A stretch of DNA of 64,000 bases from an uncultured cyanobacterium (GCA_963718615.1 OY970368.1:5600001-5664000); one strand, 5' to 3'. Positions 10,825 to 19,952 are shown, counted from the stretch's first letter. Notes: generated by a model not told the origin, from the sequence alone. A program made the numbers and translations.

Positions 10825-12231
10825 ATGTTTCAAGCCACGCGCCGACGGCTGGCCCTTTGGTACACCGCTGTAACGGCGGTGCTGCTGCTGCTCTTTGTGA
10901 GTGGGTTTTATGGTTATGCCCGCAGTACATTAATTGAACGGGTGGACGATACGCTCAGCCATATTGTGGAGGTGGTGGAGCGATCGCTCGTGATCGAATC
11001 TGCCCCCGATGGCCTGGTCTGGAGCGTGGATGGCCAGGTGTCGCTACGGGTCAATGTGGAGGCCAGCTTTCGCAACAACGATACCGATCGCGAAGATGAC
11101 CATATCGATATTGAATGGTTTGACCCCGATGGCCAACTCCTTTGGTCCACCTTTGACGACGTATTAGAACTGCCACTCCATCCCAGCAAAAAGGGCGAAA
11201 CGGTTACCGTCGAAGAACAGCGCTATGGTGAGCCGGTCGTGCTGCGGCAACTGACGGATCGGGTCCAGCTAGGGCGTCAGGTCTTGGGTTATTTGCGGGT
11301 GAGTCATCCCTGGTTTGAGGTGTCAAAACCCACCCGGCGGCTGCTCCTGGATTTGGTGGGGTGGACGGCGTTGATGATTGCTGGGGTGGCTTCGATTGGC
11401 TGGTTGCTGTCGGGGTTGGCGATGAAACCCGTACGGGAGTCCTATCAACGGCTAAAGCAATTCACCGCCGATGCTTCCCACGAGTTGCGTAACCCGATCG
11501 CTATGATCCAAACCAATGTGCAGGCTGCCTTGGAAGATGAGGCGATCGCCCCTCAAGATCGCCAGCAGCTCCAGGTGGTGGAACGGTTAACCCGGCGTTT
11601 AGGGCGGCTCGTGGATGATTTGCTGTTTTTAGCCCGACAGGATAGTGGCATGATCCAGCCGCAGCTAGAACCGGTAGCGTTGGATGAATTGCTGACCGAG
11701 GTCTTAGAAGAGCAAATGATGCGTGCGTTAGAGAAATCGGTGGATTTAGAGTTGCTATTTGATGCCTTGGAAGATGAGCAGGCGGCGACCGATGAGAATG
11801 GCGAGAACGATGGGACTGAGAATCAGGAGGTGTTTGAAATGCTGGGCGATCGCGATCAATTGGCCCGACTCTTTACGAATTTGATCAGCAATGCGATTCA
11901 ATACACCCCCTCGGAAGGACAGGTGCGGATTCAACTGTCTCAAGCTAGCGAGGCGTTGTCTCGGGGGCGCGGAGGCTCTGTGGTGGTTGTGCGAGTTGAA
12001 GATACGGGGGTGGGAATTCCCCCGGAGGCGATCGAACAGGTCTTTGAACGGTTTTATCGAGTCGATCCGGCCCGCAGTCGTCAGGCGGAAGCTGGGCCGG
12101 AGCTGGGGTCTGGGTTGGGATTGGCGATCGCCAAAGCCATCGTGGAACGGCATCGCGGTCAAATTCAGGTGGTGAGTCCTAGTCAGGGAGGGTCGATTTT
12201 TACAGTGACGCTGCCTTTAAGGGCTTCTTAA
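10825..12231 (+). CDS. manS: Membrane sensor histidine kinase, ManS (Hik27)-like
   Basis: Two TM segments, H-box FTADASHELRNP, N-box NLISNAIQY, G boxes DTGVGI and GSGLGLAI. The N-terminus MFQATRRRLALWY is recalled as the cyanobacterial ManS family; the kinase call is firm, the gene symbol is tentative. Confidence 0.6.
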   Translation: MFQATRRRLALWYTAVTAVLLLLFVSGFYGYARSTLIERVDDTLSHIVEVVERSLVIESAPDGLVWSVDGQVSLRVNVEASFRNNDTDREDDHIDIEWFDPDGQLLWSTFDDVLELPLHPSKKGETVTVEEQRYGEPVVLRQLTDRVQLGRQVLGYLRVSHPWFEVSKPTRRLLLDLVGWTALMIAGVASIGWLLSGLAMKPVRESYQRLKQFTADASHELRNPIAMIQTNVQAALEDEAIAPQDRQQLQVVERLTRRLGRLVDDLLFLARQDSGMIQPQLEPVALDELLTEVLEEQMMRALEKSVDLELLFDALEDEQAATDENGENDGTENQEVFEMLGDRDQLARLFTNLISNAIQYTPSEGQVRIQLSQASEALSRGRGGSVVVVRVEDTGVGIPPEAIEQVFERFYRVDPARSRQAEAGPELGSGLGLAIAKAIVERHRGQIQVVSPSQGGSIFTVTLPLRAS

Positions 12232-12425
12232 ACCCAGTGTGAAGAGTTATCGAACTCCAAAACAGTTGCCTGGATTTCAGCGTACATTGCTTAATAGAAG
12301 TGTATATCCCTGGATGAATAAGGTCTGGCTAAAAGAGTCTGGCTAGAAAGGTCTGGCTAGATAGGGCACAGAGTTGAGCGATCGCTATGCCGTAGTCGCA
12401 ATTTTGAGGAGAGGCGCAGATTGTT

Positions 12426-13064
12426 ATGTCAAAACCGGTGATTCAACCCTGTTCGGTCGTCATACCGATTGAACGGATTCAGCTCCCTGTAATCGCCTCG
12501 GTTGAATCGTTCACCTGGAGCATGGCTCGATTCCCCATTACCCAAGTCCAATGGCGATCCGTAGCGATGTTGCCTCAAGTGGATCGCGTGCTGTCACCTG
12601 ATCCTTCTCGTTTCAAAGGGGATCAACATCCCGTGGAAAATGTGTCTTGGTGGGACGCGGTGGAGTTTTGCCAGCGTCTCAGCCGTGCGACGGGGGAGCT
12701 CTATCGTTTGCCCTTGGAGGCGGAGTGGGAATATGCCTGTCGTGCTGGCACAACTACTGAATTTTGTTTTGGGCGATCGCTCTCTCCCCAATTAGCCAAC
12801 TACCAACATCGCCGCGCGCGCTCGGAAAACGGCACAACAAACGGCACAACCCCGGTCGGACAATTTCCCGCCAATGCCTTTGGCCTCTACGATATGCATG
12901 GCAACGTCTGGGAGTGGTGTGCCGATGCCGACCACAGCCATCGAGTTTTACGGGGGGGCTCTTGGTTTAATGGGCCGCAGGTTTGTCGTTCGACGTCGCG
13001 GTTAGAGAGTTTACCCAGTTGCCGGTTGGACAATGTGGGCTTTCGGGTCGTTTGTCTGGCCTAG
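12426..13064 (+). CDS. Formylglycine-generating enzyme (FGE-sulfatase) domain protein
   Basis: PVENVSWWDA, RLPLEAEWEYACRAG, NAFGLYDMHGNVWEWC, RGGSW, GFRVV. Confidence 0.9.
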   Translation: MSKPVIQPCSVVIPIERIQLPVIASVESFTWSMARFPITQVQWRSVAMLPQVDRVLSPDPSRFKGDQHPVENVSWWDAVEFCQRLSRATGELYRLPLEAEWEYACRAGTTTEFCFGRSLSPQLANYQHRRARSENGTTNGTTPVGQFPANAFGLYDMHGNVWEWCADADHSHRVLRGGSWFNGPQVCRSTSRLESLPSCRLDNVGFRVVCLA

Positions 13065-13065
13065 C

Positions 13066-13099
13066 TTGATGGCTTGCCTAGGTTGATGGCTTGCCTAGG
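13066..13099. repeat. 17-bp tandem duplication TTGATGGCTTGCCTAGG x2 between convergent genes
   Basis: Read directly at 13066-13082 and 13083-13099. Confidence 0.8.
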
Positions 13100-14405
13100 C
13101 CAAGAGCGCAGACTTCAGCCACTGACCGTGGGGCAGTACCGATCGCATCAATCCCCAGCGGACATCATTGGGAGCAACGGCAAACATGCCGAGCATGGCG
13201 CGAATCAGTTCTGGGGTCGAGAGGGTATCTGCCAGGAAACCCCGCCAATCCGCCGGGGGGAGTTGGAAAAACGTCGAGAAATGGTGGTTGAGGCGATCGC
13301 GCTCAAACCCCATCAAGGCCTCCATTCCAAACAAATAGAGATAGTGCGTCCGCAGGCGATCGCGGGACCAAAGGACCTGCCAACCGGCTTGGGCGATCTG
13401 CGTGGGAGAGGCTTGGGGATTTTGGAGGGACTGGGCGATCGCCGCTGCCAACCCCGGAGCCCGTCGCAGCAAGCCACCGACCATGAAGCCCGAGGCGGGA
13501 TGGACCATGCTGGCTGTACCGCCAAACCCCAGGACGGGCTGGTTGAAATCAGGCAAGGGGGTATTCATCGGGAAGAGACAATGCTCCACATGGTGAATTT
13601 CGTTCACCTGAATACCGCGATGGGCAAGACGACGCTGGAGCCGTTTTTCCAGGACTTCAAACTCTAGGGCGGGCGTGGCGGCGAGGGAGGTTTCTTCGAC
13701 GAAGTAAACGCCATGGCCCAGGTCCATTTCGTAGGAGAACGTCGGGGGCTGATGGCGTTCGGCTGCGCTAAGATGGTCGGCGCGGTAATCCATCATGACA
13801 AACTGGCCAGACTCGACGACGGGCGCAGAAAATTTGCCAACAATGCCATAGGCGGCTTGGTAGGCGATGGTGGCTGGGGGGCGTTGGAGCAGGGGGGAAT
13901 GGTGGCCGCTGGCGTCGATGACGATGCGGGCGCGGAGGTTGGGCTGCTCGGGATGGTCGGTGTGGACGATGGAATGGGTGGTGTGGTGTTCTAGGGCGGT
14001 GGCTTTGCCGCGATGCCAGATGACGGTTGGGCTGCGATCGCGCCAATAATTCTGAAGTTTAGTCTTATCAAAGAGGCCGTAGGAGCGGTTGTGGTTGAGG
14101 CGATCGGGCAGGTAGGAGACGCAGTTATCCCAACGATGCTCTAGCAACGCTGTGAGGCCCAAGGCTTCGAGTTCATCGACCCAAATGCCGTAGGTGTTGG
14201 GCCAAGGGTCGGTGGGGGCGGTGGGGGAGAGTCCGGCGACGGTGAGGCCCTGGTCGCAGAGGGCGGCGGCGATCGCTAACCCGGCGGGGCCGTTACCCAG
14301 GACGATGGCATCGAGTTCGGGTGTTTGCCCTGCGGGAGATTGCCCTGAATTGACCACCGTTGACCTCCTGACTAAACCGGAAAGATGTGTGCGAAATATC
14401 TTCAA
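13095..14405 (-). CDS. crtL: Lycopene cyclase family protein (CrtL type)
   Basis: GNGPAGLA FAD motif, WPNTYGIWVDE, YQAAYG, MMDYR, PTFSY, FVEETSL, MVHPASGF. Start codon uncertain. Confidence 0.82.
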   Translation of the reverse strand: MKIFRTHLSGLVRRSTVVNSGQSPAGQTPELDAIVLGNGPAGLAIAAALCDQGLTVAGLSPTAPTDPWPNTYGIWVDELEALGLTALLEHRWDNCVSYLPDRLNHNRSYGLFDKTKLQNYWRDRSPTVIWHRGKATALEHHTTHSIVHTDHPEQPNLRARIVIDASGHHSPLLQRPPATIAYQAAYGIVGKFSAPVVESGQFVMMDYRADHLSAAERHQPPTFSYEMDLGHGVYFVEETSLAATPALEFEVLEKRLQRRLAHRGIQVNEIHHVEHCLFPMNTPLPDFNQPVLGFGGTASMVHPASGFMVGGLLRRAPGLAAAIAQSLQNPQASPTQIAQAGWQVLWSRDRLRTHYLYLFGMEALMGFERDRLNHHFSTFFQLPPADWRGFLADTLSTPELIRAMLGMFAVAPNDVRWGLMRSVLPHGQWLKSALLA

Positions 14406-14487
14406 AATACCGCAAGCTTAGGGGCTTGGGGATGAAAGCTAGAATAGACCTATGCATTGGACCCATCGCATAAGGACGGTCTTGCCC

Positions 14488-14952
14488 ATGGCTTCTCCCT
14501 TTCCGGGTATGGACCCGTATTTGGAACATCCTCGAACTGGGTCGAATGTTCACCATCGGTTGATTACGGCGATCGCGATCGCCCTCGCTCCCCAGGTAAG
14601 ACCGAAGTATCGGGTGGTGGTGGAGGAAACGGTATATCAAAAGTGGGAGCCGATGCCGATTACAGCTCCAGTGGTGATGTCGGCCTATCGGATTTTGGTG
14701 AGTGCTAGCAAGGCTCGGCCTCGGGCAGAGTTATATGCGTTTGGTCTAGCGGATCCGATTCCGGTGTTTGGGGTGCCGTTGGCGGAGGGAGATCCTTCCG
14801 CTCGGGTTGATCTGAGGCTGCTGCTGGATGGGATTTATGAGCAGTCGGGTTATGACTTGGTGATTGATTATCGTCAGTCTCCACAGCCGCCGTTGTCGGA
14901 GGTGGAGGGGGTTTGGGCTGAGGCTTGGTTGCGGGAGAAGGGGGTGATTTGA
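14488..14952 (+). CDS. DUF4058 family protein, short and probably internally deleted
   Basis: Family-typical N-terminus MASPFPGMDPYLEHP and C-terminus YRILVS..RPRAELYAF.L.DPIP.F.VPL; the usual central EILSP..K segment is missing. Confidence 0.7.
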   Translation: MASPFPGMDPYLEHPRTGSNVHHRLITAIAIALAPQVRPKYRVVVEETVYQKWEPMPITAPVVMSAYRILVSASKARPRAELYAFGLADPIPVFGVPLAEGDPSARVDLRLLLDGIYEQSGYDLVIDYRQSPQPPLSEVEGVWAEAWLREKGVI

Positions 14953-15571
14953 GGGTTGCTATTTCGTTGATTCTTTACGGGGGAGATAGGTTTGTGGGGA
15001 TAGGGTTTCTGTGTTTTGCAAGAGGAGTTTCCGTAGGTGGATGTTGGTTTTGAAACGAAGTGTTACAGGGGGGCTACCGGAATCTAATTTGTCGGTAGGA
15101 TGAGAATTGAGATTAAGTCTCATAATGGTTTGAGCTTTGGCTAGAAGAATCTTTGGGGCGTTGAGTTGAGAGGTTGAATCAGTGGAAGATTTCGGTATAT
15201 GATCCTCAGTGGTATGACATGCAGAAAAGTTTGGCTTTTTTTAAGGAGTACGTGGGAAAATTCTGCATACTAAACTTGTTATACCGCAAGTTTTCGATGT
15301 GAGAATGCGAGCGCAATTTTATCTGTTAGTGTTTGAAATTAAGTAAGCATGCAGTTAATTAGATATCTTGCAAGAATATTTTTCCAGAGACTGGAACTCT
15401 TTTGGTTACGTTCAAAATCATGAAAATTAACGGGTTTTAATAGGGCATCAGCTCTCAAAAAGGTATCCGTGCAGCAGGTCTAATAGCGGACTCTTGCCAA
15501 TGGCTAAGCGTTAAGATTGCGGAAGTAAATGGGTTATCGGAATTCCATAAAAACACTCTTTGGGAACCTCT

Positions 15572-16366
15572 ATGGAGTTTGATCTGCGAAAGGCGATTAA
15601 CGCAATCTCAGATGTCGTTCAGAATCGACCAGTTCCACTTCGCGAATTCGACCAGATATATATGAAGGTCGCCGATATGGTTATCCAAGCGGAGTATGTG
15701 GCTCGTGTTTTTGACGACAAGGATGTCGTATTTGTCGGGGACGGTGATGGAATTGCACTGTCTGCTGCTCATTTAAAAGCTCAAAAGGTCATCAATTATG
15801 GCCCGCAATCAATTACTTTGCTCGATTTTGATGAACGGATCGTCAATTCTGTGCGGCGCTTTGGTGAAAAGCTTAGCCCTCACATCAAGATTTCATCACA
15901 TCTTTACAATGTGGCAGATGCATTACCTCCAGAACATTTTGGTGTATACGATGGGTTTCACATCAATCCGCCCTGGGGGGCAAGTAACGATGGGGAAAGT
16001 GTTATCGCCTTTTTTGAGCGTGGCAGTCAGGCAACAAAGGCGAAGAGTTTGGGGATTGTCGTTATAGCAGATGACCCTGACCTACTCTGGACTCAGGGAG
16101 TTTTACGAGATACGCAATGTCGTGCCCTTGAACTCGGATATGTAGTAGCCGAGATGCTGCCACAGCTACACCTTTATCATCTCGACGATGCACCTGATCT
16201 ACGGTCATGTTCGTGCCTATTTCGTCGTATTGATCCTAGTTGTATGCAGACTGTCTCGGAACCTCTTGAGTCGGCGCGGCTCGAAAATTTTTACGGCAAA
16301 AGTTCCCCGTTACGCTTTCGATACGTACGTGAGCGGACAACACTCAACACCGATAGAGAATCATGA
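15572..16366 (+). CDS. BpsA/DUF43-like (bis-aminopropyl spermidine synthase family) (dc)SAM-dependent transferase, C-terminus truncated by IS insertion
   Basis: REFDQIYM, VVFVGDGDGIALS (cf. BpsA GDDD loop), LLDFDERIV, YNVADALP, HINPPW. The stop codon TGA (16364-66) is the first three bases of the IS. Confidence 0.75.
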   Translation: MEFDLRKAINAISDVVQNRPVPLREFDQIYMKVADMVIQAEYVARVFDDKDVVFVGDGDGIALSAAHLKAQKVINYGPQSITLLDFDERIVNSVRRFGEKLSPHIKISSHLYNVADALPPEHFGVYDGFHINPPWGASNDGESVIAFFERGSQATKAKSLGIVVIADDPDLLWTQGVLRDTQCRALELGYVVAEMLPQLHLYHLDDAPDLRSCSCLFRRIDPSCMQTVSEPLESARLENFYGKSSPLRFRYVRERTTLNTDRES

Positions 16367-16437
16367 GGTGGACCCAATCGACTGAACAGATTTAACAGGA
16401 GACTAAGCTCTGAATTCTCCCCGGATTGGACCTCTAT

Positions 16438-17301
16438 TCAGCGACTGCTCTCAGCTGCACCGTCAAAGTAAATCTCATCCGGTGTTTTGTAATCCAACGA
16501 CTGATGCAATCTCAACTGATTATACCAGCTAAACCATTTCTTCACCTCCTGATTTAAGTGATTCCCATCCTCAAAACTCTTCAGATAAATCAGCTCGTAC
16601 TTCAGCGATCGCCACAGCCTTTCAATGAAGATGTTGTCATGACACCTTCCCCGTCCATCCATGCTCACCTGGGCTCCGGCTGTTCTCAACCTCTCGGTAA
16701 ACACCTTCGCCGTGAACTGAGACCCCTGATCTGAATTGAAGATATCAGGACATCCATATTCCTCCAACGCTTCCTCCAATGCATCCAAACAGAACTGCAC
16801 ATCCATCGTGTTCGAGATTCGCCAGCTCAGCACCTTACGGCTGTACCAGTCCATAATCGCCACCAGATAGAAATGCCCCTTCAGCACCGGCAGATAGGTG
16901 ATGTCCGTGCTCCAGACCTGGTTTACCTTATCAATCGCCACACCCCTCAGCAGATAGGGATATATCTTGTGCTCCGGGTTTGCCACAGTCAGCTTCGGCT
17001 TCGGATACAGCGTTTGTAGACCCAGCTTTCGCATCAACCGCTGCACTCGCTTGCGATTCACATCATGACCCTCTCTCTTCAACTGAGCCGTCATCCGACG
17101 AGAGCCATAGAACGGCATCTCCAGATACAGCTCATCCAAGCGACGCAGCAGTTCTAGCTCAGAGTCACTCACTGCTTTGGCACGGTAGTACAAGCTCGAA
17201 CGGCTGATGCCCAGTAGCTGACATTGACGCACCAGGCTCAACTCCTCGTGCTCTCGCTCTACCAGGGCTTTTCGCTGCTCAACCCCAGTTTGGCTGAGCA
17301 C
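16438..17301 (-). CDS. IS3 transposase OrfB (DDE/rve integrase core), probably expressed as an OrfAB fusion by -1 frameshift
   Basis: YGSRRM, NRKRVQRLMR, WSTDITY, FNSDQGSQFT, DNIFIERLWRSLKYE. Confidence 0.93.
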   Translation of the reverse strand: MLSQTGVEQRKALVEREHEELSLVRQCQLLGISRSSLYYRAKAVSDSELELLRRLDELYLEMPFYGSRRMTAQLKREGHDVNRKRVQRLMRKLGLQTLYPKPKLTVANPEHKIYPYLLRGVAIDKVNQVWSTDITYLPVLKGHFYLVAIMDWYSRKVLSWRISNTMDVQFCLDALEEALEEYGCPDIFNSDQGSQFTAKVFTERLRTAGAQVSMDGRGRCHDNIFIERLWRSLKYELIYLKSFEDGNHLNQEVKKWFSWYNQLRLHQSLDYKTPDEIYFDGAAESSR

Positions 17302-17582
17302 TCCGCTAAAAAATCCCGTTCCACCTTCAGCTTGCCGATTTGCCGATACAGCTCGTTGATTTCTGCCTGTTTATTCGCTTCCTCCTTTCCTCTATCAGAT
17401 GTCTGGCCTGAATCAAAGACGCTGCTTGCCCCTTCCAAGAGCTGCCTCTTCCACTGATGGATCAGCGTTGGATGCACATTGTGTTGGCTCGCCAGTTCCG
17501 GCACCGTCTTTGCCCCTTGCAAGGCTTCCAAGGCGATTCTCGATTTGAACTGGGCGCTGTACTGTCGGCGTTTCTTGCTCAT
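17259..17582 (-). CDS. IS3 transposase OrfA (HTH)
   Basis: KRRQYSAQFKSRIALEAL, ELASQHNVHPTLIHQWK, LYRQIGKLKVERDFL. Confidence 0.92.
   Translation of the reverse strand: MSKKRRQYSAQFKSRIALEALQGAKTVPELASQHNVHPTLIHQWKRQLLEGASSVFDSGQTSDRGKEEANKQAEINELYRQIGKLKVERDFLAECSAKLGLSSEKPW
17307..17313 (-). promoter_or_regulatory. -1 ribosomal frameshift slippery heptamer T TTT TTA linking orfA to orfB
   Basis: Minus strand GAT TTT TTA GCG is in the orfA frame; a -1 shift gives ..FSGVLSQTGVEQRK, which is the orfB frame. Confidence 0.7.
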
Positions 17583-17692
17583 CTTCTACTCCTATCATTT
17601 TTCGTGGAGTTTCAGAGCTTAACCCCCTGTCCAGTTTTTGGGGTCCACTATATCAGACCTTCTTTATACACTTGAAAAACTTGAGGTGGACA

Positions 17693-18265
17693 ATGGATGA
17701 CCAGATAAAGCAAGCAGGACTTATTTTTATGAAAGTTGGTCTGCATGCACAAGAGAGTATCGAAGATATTGTCGAGCGAAAGCAACGTGAATTTGAAGAA
17801 GCAGGCTCTATTTTTTGGGGCTATGGCGGTAATACTTGCCATCCACTCACTATGGTTCAACCGTTTGCAAAAGAGGTAGAAAAAAGTGGCAATCAAATTC
17901 TTATCGTTATGCAGAAGATGAACTCTAAACATGCTGCTCCACCAGAAATTGCTAAAGAGTACTCAGACGATGGTGTAAACTGGCAACCAATTCCCAAGGG
18001 TATAGAAGTTCGTGGGTCACGTTATGCACTAGTTCTGGATAAGCTTCGAGTCGAAGAGTTTGACTTGGATCTGGGTGAACTACAAGTTGGAATTGGACCT
18101 AGCCGTGGACGCAAAGCTGATCAATATTTAGTCGGTCAGGCGGACAAAGGATGCTTTCTTTATACGTCTCGGGAATCACCCATAACACAGGAGGAGCAGC
18201 CATTAAAACGTATCGGACTGGTTGCCAACGTTAAAGCACCTTATGCGGTTTTCCTCAAAAATTAA
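17693..18265 (+). CDS. Uncharacterised protein (paralog 1 of an unnamed family)
   Basis: ATG 17693 with RBS GAGGTGG at 17683-89; motifs MKVGLHAQESIEDIVERKQRE..GSIFWGYGG, SRYALV, APYAVFL. Confidence 0.8.
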   Translation: MDDQIKQAGLIFMKVGLHAQESIEDIVERKQREFEEAGSIFWGYGGNTCHPLTMVQPFAKEVEKSGNQILIVMQKMNSKHAAPPEIAKEYSDDGVNWQPIPKGIEVRGSRYALVLDKLRVEEFDLDLGELQVGIGPSRGRKADQYLVGQADKGCFLYTSRESPITQEEQPLKRIGLVANVKAPYAVFLKN

Positions 18266-18897
18266 CCAGATGTTGGGTATAGTAAGTTCCCTGTCACAGC
18301 ACGCAGATGATTGATGTACGAAGCTAGAGCCTCTTGCACTGACTCATAGTTTGCAGGAATAGTTACGCCAAATGCAATGTTCAATGCTTTATCGACATCA
18401 GGCTTCGATCTTACGCACTCTTGGACGTGAGTAAATTGATCCTCAACTAAGTACGAGAACAGCACTTCCATCGATATCACACGACCCGCCAGTGCATTGG
18501 CGAGGTAGGCGACAGATTCATGAGAGCAAAGCGCTGCTAGCGATCGCTTATCGCCCGTAATGATAAGTGCATCTCTAGCAGTAGCACCTACTGCAAGCAG
18601 CAAGGCTTCTCCGGTGTCGATATTTTGTACCGCACTCATTGCATCCAATAGATCTGGGTCAGCCAATCTAGCATCCAAGGACTTAGCGATTTTGAGGAAT
18701 GATTCTAGCCTAGAGTAGCTCTCTTCATCCTCACAAAAAAGCAAGCGATTTTTGGCGGGGAGGAGGACGTATTTTGCAGTCGCAAGCACCCGTACATCCG
18801 TGATTGTGAAATCGAATCGAGCTATGACCTCATCAAGTAGCCCGTAACGTGCAAGTTTAATTAAGGCATCGTTATCGATCAGAAACAGCCGATCCAT
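18262..18897 (-). CDS. PIN-like domain protein (putative nuclease/toxin)
   Basis: PIN-type acidic motifs LIDNDALIKL, IDTGEALLL, IITGDKRSL. ATG at 18897, or GTG at 18909 overlapping the upstream stop. Confidence 0.7.
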   Translation of the reverse strand: MDRLFLIDNDALIKLARYGLLDEVIARFDFTITDVRVLATAKYVLLPAKNRLLFCEDEESYSRLESFLKIAKSLDARLADPDLLDAMSAVQNIDTGEALLLAVGATARDALIITGDKRSLAALCSHESVAYLANALAGRVISMEVLFSYLVEDQFTHVQECVRSKPDVDKALNIAFGVTIPANYESVQEALASYINHLRAVTGNLLYPTSG

Positions 18898-18905
18898 GAA
18901 CGACC

Positions 18906-19952
18906 TCACTCAAGGTGCGATCCAGTAACTCTACCAAGGAATTCCAGGGTTTCCATCGGCAAGGTTTCAGGGTTGATGTGACCCCACATCGCTGCATTAA
19001 TAATTACTGGTGCGGGTGGATTCCCACCTTGCAACACCTTTGCGGCTGCAATACCCATTTCCCATTTCCCGGACTGATTCGCAAAGTTCAACACAATGTG
19101 TCCAGGATCGATGTGGTGGTTCTTGCCAAATCTAAACGCTGAATCAGCTAGTTCTCTGAAATTAACGTGACTATCTGAGGGAGTATAAGTCGCATCAGGT
19201 CTAGCGTTTAATAGCTCGATCGCAAACGCATCAGCCGTACGCTCGTCCAAATCGGCATCCTTCAGAGCGTAGGAGTCCTCGCTAAGCTCCTCATCAATCA
19301 ATATTTCATTGGGAGCCACATGCCCCAGCGCCAAGTGAGCGACTTCATGAGCCAAAATAAAGAGTTGCCACGCCCAGAGAGGAGACGCTTTTGACAAAAT
19401 GATGACGGGTCGGCTGTCCGTATGAATCACCATGCCATCCATTTTCGCTACACCGATGCCAAGTTCAGCCAGATAAATCACAGGCACGCCATGCAACCAG
19501 CAAAACAGGAGTAAATTTCTCAGCCCTAGCCAGTTACCTGGAAAGGAGGTCAGCACCTCTTGACGAAGAGCATTAGCACTACTGACAAACGGAATAAATT
19601 CTACACCACAAGCTGCTGCAACGGATTCCGCAACGCTAACTGCAATTGCTGTAGATGCCGTCAAGTTCTTCGCCTTGTTTGGAATTGAGCGCTTGTATTT
19701 CACGTCACGTCGCCGAAGCGATTCGACTCGTGGACTTGCATCAAAAAGAGGACTAGTACGAAGACCAAGCCGCTTTGCGAGAATCGCCGCAATTTCTAAC
19801 GATGCCGAGGTATCTGATAAAACTTCCGGTGTCACCCATTCGGGGAGCAGCACATTTTGTATGCTGCGTGGGAAGCCAGCAGATTCCAGGGAAACAAAGA
19901 TCCTATCGATCTGATGATTAGATGTGTCCGCGTGAATCTCCTGCTGTGTCAT
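18906..19952 (-). CDS. ImmA/IrrE (Peptidase M78-like) Zn metallopeptidase
   Basis: DGMV...RPVIIL, WQLFILAHEVAHLALGH (HEXXH), downstream ERTADAFAIELL. Confidence 0.85.
   Translation of the reverse strand: MTQQEIHADTSNHQIDRIFVSLESAGFPRSIQNVLLPEWVTPEVLSDTSASLEIAAILAKRLGLRTSPLFDASPRVESLRRRDVKYKRSIPNKAKNLTASTAIAVSVAESVAAACGVEFIPFVSSANALRQEVLTSFPGNWLGLRNLLLFCWLHGVPVIYLAELGIGVAKMDGMVIHTDSRPVIILSKASPLWAWQLFILAHEVAHLALGHVAPNEILIDEELSEDSYALKDADLDERTADAFAIELLNARPDATYTPSDSHVNFRELADSAFRFGKNHHIDPGHIVLNFANQSGKWEMGIAAAKVLQGGNPPAPVIINAAMWGHINPETLPMETLEFLGRVTGSHLE

Larger units (their letters stand above)
16364..17652 (-). mobile_element. IS3-family insertion sequence (about 1.29 kb) with 3-bp target duplication TCA
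   Basis: Imperfect terminal IRs TGAGGTGGACCCAATCGACTGAACAG (+ strand, 16364) and TATAGTGGACCCCAAAAACTGGACAG (- strand, from 17652); TCA at 16361-63 and 17653-55; orfA/orfB inside. Confidence 0.93.

Noticed and set aside
17672-17692. TTG start at 17672 for X1, as given in the ORF track
   Set aside because: This stretch is the orphaned 3' tail of the transferase gene; ATG 17693 has a proper RBS and overlaps the reconstructed stop.
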